A stretch of DNA of 64,000 bases from Bacteroidales bacterium (GTDB lineage: Bacteria; Bacteroidota; Bacteroidia; Bacteroidales; UBA4181): assembly GCA_031275285.1 (NCBI GenBank), contig JAISOY010000173.1, positions 1,098 through 65,097 on the forward strand. Reading direction: 5' to 3'. The translations under genes and the position numbers were made by a program. Shown piece by piece: positions 48,366-56,724 of this stretch (the first letter of the stretch is position 1; each line of letters opens with the position of its first letter). The notes beneath the pieces are model-generated. The model ran no database searches, was not told the DNA's origin, and saw nothing but the letters and a program-made list of their open reading frames with translations.

Positions 48366-50003
48366 ATGTATGATTCTCTAAAAATAAGGAAATTTGAATC
48401 CGAAATTCTGGATAAACATCATCTGAGCTTTGAATTATATTCTTACTCAGAAGATATTGTCATACCGTATTTACTACAATCCTATGGAGATATTGGACGA
48501 TACAGGGATATAATTTTAAAAAATAATATTAGCGAATTTAACTTTCAAGGCTATTTAACTAATATGACACATGGAATCAGTCACTGTATTAGATGGATAA
48601 AGAAACAGGCAAAATCTAATCACGATGAGATTCCTGATAATTTAAACATATCAGTATTTCATAATCAGATAATGGACTTTTTGAATTGGGGCGTGAGTTA
48701 TCATCTGATTGCACAGGAGTTTGTTATATGGTCAAGAGGGCTGAAATCTGCACAATTGAATGAGAAAGAGAAGACTATAAAGTTCATCAACTCCAATAAC
48801 TATAATTATTCTGACATCTATACGAAACAGCTTTTATATGGAGAACAATTACAAGGAGTATTTGAGAATTATCCACATAGTATAATGGAAGATGAGTTTT
48901 CTGAATGGGTCAAAGAAATAGATTTTTCAAAACCACCTATAGCAAATCAGATAAAATGGTCAAGAGGACAAATATCCAAATCTTTTCCACTTTTATATTC
49001 TACAATGGAAAGCATAGTCTTTCCTGAATTAATTGACGATACTGATTTAGGAGGGTACAATCTCTCACAACTCAGAAGGTTTTTTGCATTAATGTTTCTG
49101 AACTTTTATTATATTACTTGTGTCGAGTCGTTGATTGATTCAAAGTATGGAGTCCAGAATTCCTTTGGTTCAAATCCTCTAAACATAAAGAAATCTGAAA
49201 TAGACGAATTTATATCAGAAATAACCGGACTCCCATATCCTGTATCACAAGCTATAATTAAAGACTTAACATTCAATCCTGATAGTTTTCATACCAGCAT
49301 TTCTATCCAACCTTTTATCCTCTCTAGCACCAATATTTATTACATATTGCCAAATCTTTTTACCCAACTGGATCCTCAAAGAGTAATTTTAGGTGCGATG
49401 AATAAAAGCCCGGAGAAGAAAAAAGTATATGATCGATTGATCAATAAGATAGAAAAGGTAAACTTGAAAAAAATATTTGATGCTCTTTCTCAAACTGAAA
49501 AATGGAATAATTACCAAGAAAGAACCATTAAGTTCAATAATAAACAAATAAATCCAGACCTAATACTTATAGATAAAACTGAAAAATTCATATGTATTGT
49601 TGACTATAAACATTTTATTGTACCTATAACAGCATCAGAAGTGCAATTTAGAATGAATGAACTGGAAAAAGGTATTCGACAAATAGAAAACTATAAAATT
49701 GTACTGTCAAAAAAAGGTCATTTAGGAAAAGATGATATAAATAATTATGAGATTTGTGGATTATTATTAACTCATCGTCCTCTACCGATTCCAATTAAAA
49801 ACAATATTAATATCGGTATTGCAGATATGGATTCTTTTATATCTAAATTAGCTCAAAATATAAGTTTGAGAAACTTTTGGATAGATTTCTATGATTATCC
49901 TAACCATAAAGAAATAAAAAAAGAATTTTCGAAAATCGAATCAGAAGTAAATGTGACTGATTGGAAAATAATTCGCGAACAATTTTTTCTTTCATTTGAA
50001 TGA
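48366..50003 (+). CDS. large hypothetical protein with a C-terminal PD-(D/E)xK (NERD-like) nuclease motif
   Basis: INPD(398)LILIDKTEKFICIVD(413)YK(415)HF fits hhhD-x(n)-hhhDxK. The first ~390 aa are unrecognised. Confidence 0.5.
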   Translation: MYDSLKIRKFESEILDKHHLSFELYSYSEDIVIPYLLQSYGDIGRYRDIILKNNISEFNFQGYLTNMTHGISHCIRWIKKQAKSNHDEIPDNLNISVFHNQIMDFLNWGVSYHLIAQEFVIWSRGLKSAQLNEKEKTIKFINSNNYNYSDIYTKQLLYGEQLQGVFENYPHSIMEDEFSEWVKEIDFSKPPIANQIKWSRGQISKSFPLLYSTMESIVFPELIDDTDLGGYNLSQLRRFFALMFLNFYYITCVESLIDSKYGVQNSFGSNPLNIKKSEIDEFISEITGLPYPVSQAIIKDLTFNPDSFHTSISIQPFILSSTNIYYILPNLFTQLDPQRVILGAMNKSPEKKKVYDRLINKIEKVNLKKIFDALSQTEKWNNYQERTIKFNNKQINPDLILIDKTEKFICIVDYKHFIVPITASEVQFRMNELEKGIRQIENYKIVLSKKGHLGKDDINNYEICGLLLTHRPLPIPIKNNINIGIADMDSFISKLAQNISLRNFWIDFYDYPNHKEIKKEFSKIESEVNVTDWKIIREQFFLSFE

Positions 50004-50276
50004 ATATTGTAGTATTTGCCAAGTGTTATTTGCATTAGGATTAGAAAAAGACTGACTGCTCCTTGCAAAAAGGATGATTTATTAGGAAAAGAGCTACAGA
50101 ATATTGGATCACTAGTCAGAAAATGTGTTCCGAAAAGAAAATGGATGTGAATTTTAGCAATAAATATGGATTACAATCCAGAAAAATGGCAATATTTTCG
50201 GATTAGACAAAAGAATGTTTAGTATATCACGTAGTTTGTCCGAAAAATCACATATAATTCGGACATATAAATCCAT

Positions 50277-51230
50277 TTATTTGTTATTTCTTATCTTCCA
50301 AATTGCCATTGGATGATTTTTGATTCGCTCTACAATTTCAGTATCTTCAAACAATAATTCCGGTCGATAGACATTATTGTTGAAGTTTTCGATAAACGAC
50401 TTTTCTTCTTCGGTAAATATCATCAATTTTAGAAGAAATGCTTTCACTTCTACTTTTGCTGATTCAAAGTCAAATCGTTCACTTTTCTTAAGGACAGGAA
50501 GCAAAGAACTTCTGATTTGTGCAAATTTTAGGTTATTAATACTTTCAAAACTATAGCTGTTTAAAGGTTTATCATTTCCTCCTACAGCAAGATAGAATAA
50601 TATAATTTTACGGAGTTTATCCATCTCATCAGGATGAATGATGTTATATTTCAACATGTTGTGAATATCATACAAGTCCCGGGGAGCCGTTCGCTCAATA
50701 AGAGCCTTAATTTTGCTTCCAAACAGTTCAAGGGTGGAAAGGGTTTTTACTTCGGAATCAAATTGCAGAAAATCTATATTCACTTTCTTTTCTATTATTG
50801 GCAAGACATGATTTCGCAAAGAATAGTTTATTTCTACTTTCAGGTTATCTTTATTCCCTCCTGCATTCTGGAAATAAAATACCCATGAATCAAGTGAATG
50901 TGGACTTTTTGTGTTAGGGCTTAACGCATATCCTTGTGTAAACATATAGCTCAGAAAATCCTGATTGATGCTATCCCGAATTATCGTCATTTCATCTCGG
51001 GAACATTCTTTCGTAAAATCCAAGTCGATATCAACCGATAGTCGAGGAAGATTAAAAACGGTCAGGTTAATTGCGGTTCCTCCTTTCAATGCCAAATGTT
51101 CTGCAAATAAAGGATTTTCATTTAAGTGCTTCAAAATATCACAAAGCCGGAACACTTTTTCCAGATTATCCCGAATGAAATCTGTACCGGAAGCTATTCT
51201 CTCTAAGTCAGTTTTGCTATAATTATACAT
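50277..51230 (-). CDS. AbiEii/AbiGii nucleotidyltransferase toxin
   Basis: LKGGTAINL...SVDIDLDF...PRDLYDI motifs of the DUF1814/AbiEii family. Confidence 0.85.
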   Translation of the reverse strand: MYNYSKTDLERIASGTDFIRDNLEKVFRLCDILKHLNENPLFAEHLALKGGTAINLTVFNLPRLSVDIDLDFTKECSRDEMTIIRDSINQDFLSYMFTQGYALSPNTKSPHSLDSWVFYFQNAGGNKDNLKVEINYSLRNHVLPIIEKKVNIDFLQFDSEVKTLSTLELFGSKIKALIERTAPRDLYDIHNMLKYNIIHPDEMDKLRKIILFYLAVGGNDKPLNSYSFESINNLKFAQIRSSLLPVLKKSERFDFESAKVEVKAFLLKLMIFTEEEKSFIENFNNNVYRPELLFEDTEIVERIKNHPMAIWKIRNNK

Positions 51231-51990
51231 TTACACTTCCTCCTTGTTCTAAAAATGAAAGAATATTTTGGGGAGCATAAAGTCTCCATTTGCTAAAATA
51301 AACGTTGGATTCCTGTTTATCAGTCAGGTAACGAATGCTTTTCCCTATCTTGGATTTACAAAAATCAAAGAAAGCATCGCTTAGCTTCATTTCCTTTTGA
51401 AAATAGTTAAGGATAAATCCTGTCTTTTGATAAAGAACCTGTTTATTGAGTAGTGTCAAATAGTCGCGCAGCTTATTTTCATTGATATAAGTGATAAGGG
51501 CAAAGCATTCTATTATTTCTTCCAGTCCTCCGCTTCGGTCTATCTGATTGATACAATCTAAAACAGTACGTTCCAAATCGGTTACTCTGATTAACGTATC
51601 GGCAGGAGGAGTAATAACTCCGGCATCCGATTTTGATTCCGAATAGATATAACTAATTCCATCATACTCAAAGTTATTGAACCTCTCTTTGGATGAAACC
51701 TGCATTTCATAAAAAATCTGATGAGCCAGACCATGATATTCCAACGCAGCGTGATAGGATAGATAAGAAGAAGAATTGATTTGACTACCGATTTCGTACT
51801 TTGAAGCAGAACTGGTTTTTGTAGCCAAATCCGTTGCAACATAGAGGTCTCGCCTTACTTGTGATATGAATCGTTGTTTCTTATACCTCCGCAAAAGTTC
51901 TTTTGCTGCATTTTCGTTATTGGTCAATGCAACAATGTCCTTTTTGTGGAAGATTTTGAGTTTATGAAATTCTTCGATATATTTGTTCAT
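51223..51990 (-). CDS. AbiEi family antitoxin/transcriptional regulator
   Basis: N-terminal wHTH-like region, YLSYHAALEYHGL and TDLERTVLDC patterns. 8-nt overlap with the AbiEii gene. Confidence 0.8.
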   Translation of the reverse strand: MNKYIEEFHKLKIFHKKDIVALTNNENAAKELLRRYKKQRFISQVRRDLYVATDLATKTSSASKYEIGSQINSSSYLSYHAALEYHGLAHQIFYEMQVSSKERFNNFEYDGISYIYSESKSDAGVITPPADTLIRVTDLERTVLDCINQIDRSGGLEEIIECFALITYINENKLRDYLTLLNKQVLYQKTGFILNYFQKEMKLSDAFFDFCKSKIGKSIRYLTDKQESNVYFSKWRLYAPQNILSFLEQGGSVNV

Positions 51991-52149
51991 ATTCTTCTTA
52001 CTTTGCTTTGTTTTCCGCGCAAAGATACATATAAATTCACACTATTGCGCGTAAACTAAAACAAATATTTGGAAAGTCATAAATTTATCCCTATCTTTGC
52101 CCCATCACTTAAAGAGGAAAAGTTCTCTTAAATTTCACCCTAAAAACGG

Positions 52150-52171
52150 AGTGAGTAACGAGTGAGTAGAA
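52150..52171 (+). promoter_or_regulatory. right-end arm-type site candidates (AGTGAGTAAcg AGTGAGTAgaa)
   Basis: Tandem 11-bp-spaced copies of the motif found at 24266-24310, in the same orientation. Confidence 0.55.
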
Positions 52172-52260
52172 TACAATCTTCGATAGTTAAACGACTGACA
52201 GCATACGGGTTAGATAGGACACTCAAAATCCGTCAACAATAAAAGTAAAGATTTGCTTCG

Positions 52261-52923
52261 CTGGCGCGCGTTTGTAACGCGTGCAATAGCCGCATTATCA
52301 AAACCATTTTCTATCATGTTGTTTACCATTTTCCAGTTACCAGACAAACATCCAATAAATAATCCATTTCAGCATAGTTTCTTGCCGAACTGAATAAATA
52401 ATCCTCAGGATAAGAGACGATCATTTCTTCTACGGGATTGCGATGGATGTAATCCAGTTTTACCTGTAAAAATTCCGGTGTGTTTATTTCTTCCGCATGA
52501 TTGCCATCCTGCCAGAGTTTATATTCCTTAATCCGTTTTAAATCCTTACCTGCTTTATAAAACAATTCCAGCATCCATGCACGCCGGCTTTCAGGTTCTT
52601 CCATAATCTGTCTGACCAGTGCTTTGGATGTATATTTTTTAAAATCACGCAGTATTCCGGATAAAGTATTGATTTCTTCTGTCTTTACAATAGCGTGCAG
52701 ATGTTTGGACATCAGGCACCAGCCAAATATCACCAGTCCTTTATTCAGTTGGCAATATTTCAGTGTATCCACAAGTAATAGTTTGTGGTTTTTCCGGGTA
52801 AACACATCTATCCATCCTACTACTACTGTCAGTGTGATGAAATATGCTTTGTCTGTATCCTTTATTTTATATTTGTCTGACATGTTATTGTTTTTAGTGG
52901 CACGCGTTACAAACGCGCGCTAG
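52261..52923. mobile_element. RAYT unit: Y1 (IS200-like, REP-associated) transposase flanked by 24-bp inverted REP-like repeats
   Basis: CTGGCGCGCGTTTGTAACGCGTGC (52261-52284) matches the reverse complement of 52900-52923 at 23/24. Each arm contains the hairpin CGCGTT-TGT-AACGCG. Confidence 0.75.
52323..52883 (-). CDS. REP-associated tyrosine transposase (RAYT, Y1/HUH family)
   Basis: HUH motif KHLHAIV and C-terminal YIHRNPV (catalytic Tyr region). 186 aa. Confidence 0.85.
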   Translation of the reverse strand: MSDKYKIKDTDKAYFITLTVVVGWIDVFTRKNHKLLLVDTLKYCQLNKGLVIFGWCLMSKHLHAIVKTEEINTLSGILRDFKKYTSKALVRQIMEEPESRRAWMLELFYKAGKDLKRIKEYKLWQDGNHAEEINTPEFLQVKLDYIHRNPVEEMIVSYPEDYLFSSARNYAEMDYLLDVCLVTGKW

Positions 52924-52928
52924 TTGGT

Positions 52929-53082
52929 AGTGAAGAGCTAATAGAAGAAAATAAAAGATACGAGTAAACAGGGTTTACATTGGTAGTATTTACAATAAAG
53001 CGGGAAATCTATGATATTATGAGATTCCTCGCTTTATTGGCAAAATACTGTTTTCAGGTATATCGAATTTGGATCCGTCAAC
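52929..53082 (+). repeat. right copy of the 154-bp direct repeat (orphan VOC 3' fragment plus degenerate terminator); attR candidate
   Basis: See the left copy. The terminator stem carries two mismatches here (AGATTCCTCGC). Confidence 0.9.
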
Positions 53083-53671
53083 AACCTTTGCTGGCGCGCG
53101 AGCTGGGTGATACTTCTATGAATTTTTGTATGGCTGCCACTGCTTCTTCCTGGGCTTTTTTCAGATCATCATTGATAATGATGCAATCAAACTGAGGTGC
53201 GAAGGTCAGCTCATATTCGGCTTTCGCTACCCGTTGCCGTATTTTTTCCTCACTGTCTGTAGAACGTGCTACCAGCCTCCGTTCCAATTCTTCAACCGAT
53301 GGAGGCTCAACAAATATTGCCAGCGCTTTTTCCCCGAATTTCTTTTTTAAAGCCAGCCCACCTTTCACATCCACATCGAACAATACATGTTTTCCTTCAG
53401 ACCAAATACGATTGACTTCGCTGTTCAGCGTCCCATAATAACTGCCTTCATATACCTCTTCCCATTCTACAAAATCGTCGTTCTCAATATGTTTCTGGAA
53501 TTCCGGTACAGTCATGAAATAATAATCACGTCCGTTGACTTCACCAGGCCGCATGGATCTGGTACAGGCAGAAATAGAAAATGCCAACGGCAATCGATGC
53601 TCCAGAACATGTTTGACCAGTGTCGTTTTGCCGGCTCCTGATGGAGCTGAAAAAATGATTAATTTTCCCAT
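53078..53671 (-). CDS. gmk: guanylate kinase
   Basis: P-loop SAPSGAGKTTL, plus TRSMRPGEVNGRDYYF and the lid region. Confidence 0.92.
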   Translation of the reverse strand: MGKLIIFSAPSGAGKTTLVKHVLEHRLPLAFSISACTRSMRPGEVNGRDYYFMTVPEFQKHIENDDFVEWEEVYEGSYYGTLNSEVNRIWSEGKHVLFDVDVKGGLALKKKFGEKALAIFVEPPSVEELERRLVARSTDSEEKIRQRVAKAEYELTFAPQFDCIIINDDLKKAQEEAVAAIQKFIEVSPSSRASKGC

Positions 53672-53687
53672 TGTCGGACCGGATTAC

Positions 53688-54560
53688 TTACAATATGTTG
53701 GATATTTGTTCCTTCACTTTTTCGAGCTCATCCTTCATCTGGATCACTACCTGCTGCATGTCTGCATGATTGGCTTTAGAGCCTATGGTGTTGATCTCGC
53801 GTCCGATCTCCTGGGCGATGAATCCCAGTTTTTTCCCTATACTACCATCTTCTTGCATGGTTGCCATAAAATAACTGCAATGGTTCCTCAGGCGTACTTT
53901 TTCTTCATTGATATCTATTTTTTCCAGATAATAGATCAGTTCCTGTTCGAACCGGTTCTGGTCTATCGTATTTTCACCTACATATTCAACCAGATTTTGG
54001 CGCAAACGTGTTTTTATGGCTTCAATACGCTGAATTTCAAATTTTTCCACTTCAACAATACTTGTTTCAATGCTTTTAATGCGGGCCTGGATATCATCAG
54101 CCAATGCTTTGCCTTCCTGTTGCCGGAACTCATTCACCTGTTCCAGCCCTTTCCGGATACAATTGAGTAATGCAGTCCATTCCTTTTCATCCGGCTCTTG
54201 TCTGTCGGTCTTTAATACATCAGGTAGACGGATGATAGAGTTCAGAATATCAGGAGGTAACGATATGCCGTTTTTTTCGGATATTTTGGCTAGCTGCCGG
54301 TAATATTGATTGATAATGGTTTCATTGAACTGGGCCATTTCTTCCCCAATGTTCTCTTCAATTGAAACATACAATTCGATTTTTCCACGCAGGAGGCTGT
54401 TGGCTAATTCATTCCGAACCTCCAGTTCCTTTTCTTTATATACGTTGGGAATCTTTACTATCAGGTCAGCCTGTTTGCTGTTTAATGTTTTAATCTCAAC
54501 GATTACTTTTCTTTTATCATTGGAGCATTCGGCTTTACCGAAACCGGTCATTGACTTCAT
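53688..54560 (-). CDS. yicC: YicC/YloC family stress-induced protein (endoribonuclease)
   Basis: MKSMTGFGKA start and C-terminal DUF1732-like region (QEIGREINTIGSKAN). Confidence 0.88.
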   Translation of the reverse strand: MKSMTGFGKAECSNDKRKVIVEIKTLNSKQADLIVKIPNVYKEKELEVRNELANSLLRGKIELYVSIEENIGEEMAQFNETIINQYYRQLAKISEKNGISLPPDILNSIIRLPDVLKTDRQEPDEKEWTALLNCIRKGLEQVNEFRQQEGKALADDIQARIKSIETSIVEVEKFEIQRIEAIKTRLRQNLVEYVGENTIDQNRFEQELIYYLEKIDINEEKVRLRNHCSYFMATMQEDGSIGKKLGFIAQEIGREINTIGSKANHADMQQVVIQMKDELEKVKEQISNIL

Positions 54561-54733
54561 GGTGTTTATTTAAATGTCTACTAATAAGTATTTTGCAAAA
54601 AACATATAACTTCACGCCTTATTATTTCGTATATAATCAATGAAATATAAGAATTCGTAAAAATATATAAAATAACCCTATAATTGGTGGTGGTATCCAT
54701 TTTTTTGTACCTTTATACCCTTTGCTTGTTGTC

Positions 54734-55438
54734 ATGTTTGTGTTGAAAAAGTATTTGATTTGTACCATTCTGGTATTTGTTGGGATCGGGTTACAACAAT
54801 TACGTGCTCAGGAAATTTTGATTCAATGGACTGGGGTGGTTCGTGATGATTTATTGCAACCCATTCCTTTTACCCATATTATTGTGAAAAAAGATTTCAG
54901 GGGAACAGTCAGTGATCCGGAGGGAAGATTTACGATCATTACTTATCCCAATGATACCCTTTTGATTTCAAGTATGGGCTATAAGCCTATGAGAATACCG
55001 GTTCCGGATATTTCACTGGAAGATTCCAAGCATTATATTAAGGACATTATTATGGAACCGGATACCATTATGCTTGGGGAGGTAACGATATTTCCGTGGA
55101 AAACATACAAAGAATTCAAAGATGCATTTATGGCGTTGGAATTACCGGAAGATGACCTACAGCGGGCGTATCATAATATTGCCATAATGCAGGACCAGAT
55201 CTACCATGCAATTAGTTCGCGTTCGGCGTCTCCTGCGGCAAATTTTCGTGATGTGATGGCAACAAGGCATAACCGTATGATGACATATGGACATATGTAT
55301 CCTACCTATTCGATTACCAATCCTCTTGCGTGGGCACGATTTTTCAAAGCAATACGTGATGGAGAATTCAAGAAGAAGGACAACAACAGAAACGAAAACA
55401 GGCCTTCTGTTATTGAAGAATATAATAACCCAGATTGA
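54734..55438 (+). CDS. carboxypeptidase-regulatory-like domain protein
   Basis: GVVRDD...PIPFTHIIVKKDFRGTVSDPEGRFTI...LLISSMGYKP pattern. The listed ORF starts at TTG 54722; the ATG at 54734 is preferred. Confidence 0.55.
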   Translation: MFVLKKYLICTILVFVGIGLQQLRAQEILIQWTGVVRDDLLQPIPFTHIIVKKDFRGTVSDPEGRFTIITYPNDTLLISSMGYKPMRIPVPDISLEDSKHYIKDIIMEPDTIMLGEVTIFPWKTYKEFKDAFMALELPEDDLQRAYHNIAIMQDQIYHAISSRSASPAANFRDVMATRHNRMMTYGHMYPTYSITNPLAWARFFKAIRDGEFKKKDNNRNENRPSVIEEYNNPD

Positions 55439-56724
55439 TGAAAAAAATTGTTGTTTTTGGTCCCGGTCCGGGTTTTAAGGGTGGTATCGCTAATTTCAGC
55501 ATTTCTTTGGCCAAAGCTTTTGCCGGAATTGAAGATACTGAAACACACATGGTATCATGGACACACCAATATCCATTCTTTATTCCGCGTGATTTTATTG
55601 ATGACAAAAGCCAGACAGAATTATTGGAAAAAAGTGGGGTGACTGTGCAATATACCATGAACTACAATAATTTCTTTACCTGGCAGAAAACATACCAGGC
55701 TATTGTTGATATTGATCCTGATTTTGTGGTGATACAATGGTCCAGTACCATACAGGCATTCCCGATCGCTTACCTGATCCGCGAACTCAAATCCAATACG
55801 CAGATACGGATCATTGCGGATTTACACTTCGGGAACCATAAAGAATATACCAAAATGGTCAAGAGACTGGCTACCTATGCAATCAAGTATGCAGATGCAT
55901 ATGTGGTACACTCTTATAAGACAGCATTTGAGGTCAAAGAATTATTTCCCGATATTACTTTTGATTTGATCGAGGGACTGGATGACAGGCCGGAAAATAA
56001 AGGAAAACCGATACTGAAACTGTATCATCCCATCTATGATATGTTTACGCCAGATCCTACATTTGATGTGGAAGCACAAAAAAAGCAGTTACATTTACGG
56101 AAATATGTATTTTTATTTTTCGGGTTCATCATCAAGTATAAAGGCCTGCACAATGCGATTCTGGCATTTGCAGAACTGGCCAGGACAAGGGACGATGTAT
56201 CATTGTTGATCGTCGGCGAATCATCATGGCAGGCGCAAAAGCAAAAAAAGAAAAAACGGCTCAGACGTTTTTTTAGCCGGCACTTACGTGCATTATTTGT
56301 TAGTAAAAGAGAAGATGAGACCAATTACCAGCCCTTGGATATGATCGACCAATTGGGGATCCGGGATTGTGTTACAGTGGTTAATGAGTTTATTCCCAAT
56401 GAAGAAGTATATAAATATTACCAGGTGAGTGACGCCATAGCTTTATTCTATGAAACAGCTACATCCTCAGGAGTGGAATCTATTGCATATAATTTCAAAT
56501 TACCTATTGTCGCAACACGGGTAGGGCATTTCCCGGAAACGGTAAAGGAAGGTGTGACGGGCTATCTGGCTGATCCTGGCGATATTTCATCTATGACCGA
56601 AGCCATGCAGAATATTATTGATCAACCCATTCCTCCCGAAAATTTTGATAAAGTGGCCAAAGATATGAGTTGGGCCAGTTATGCCCGTTCCATAAAGAGC
56701 ATGGCCGAGTCGATTAAAAATTAA
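55435..56724 (+). CDS. glycosyltransferase (GT4/GT1-type)
   Basis: GT-B C-terminal motif region (SSGVESIAYNFKLPIVATRVGHFPETVKEGVTGYL). Confidence 0.78.
   Translation: MMKKIVVFGPGPGFKGGIANFSISLAKAFAGIEDTETHMVSWTHQYPFFIPRDFIDDKSQTELLEKSGVTVQYTMNYNNFFTWQKTYQAIVDIDPDFVVIQWSSTIQAFPIAYLIRELKSNTQIRIIADLHFGNHKEYTKMVKRLATYAIKYADAYVVHSYKTAFEVKELFPDITFDLIEGLDDRPENKGKPILKLYHPIYDMFTPDPTFDVEAQKKQLHLRKYVFLFFGFIIKYKGLHNAILAFAELARTRDDVSLLIVGESSWQAQKQKKKKRLRRFFSRHLRALFVSKREDETNYQPLDMIDQLGIRDCVTVVNEFIPNEEVYKYYQVSDAIALFYETATSSGVESIAYNFKLPIVATRVGHFPETVKEGVTGYLADPGDISSMTEAMQNIIDQPIPPENFDKVAKDMSWASYARSIKSMAESIKN

Larger units (their letters stand above)
23980..53082. mobile_element. integrative mobilizable element (~28-29 kb) with integrase, Mob/oriT, cargo and defence genes
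   Basis: Flanking 154-bp direct repeat, tyrosine integrase at the left end, arm-type repeats at both ends, relaxase/MobC/ParA/DUF3408/RteC-like genes, and no T4SS tra genes. An alternative right boundary at 52231-52238 is described in the findings. Confidence 0.8.

Noticed and set aside
53535-54170. 211-aa plus-strand ORF spanning the gmk/yicC junction
   Set aside because: Antisense to two well-supported genes and crosses their intergenic gap. No motif.
56721-56724. 4-nt convergent overlap of the glycosyltransferase and EEP genes
   Set aside because: Overlapping stop codons of convergent genes are common in compact genomes. Nothing further supports a regulatory role.
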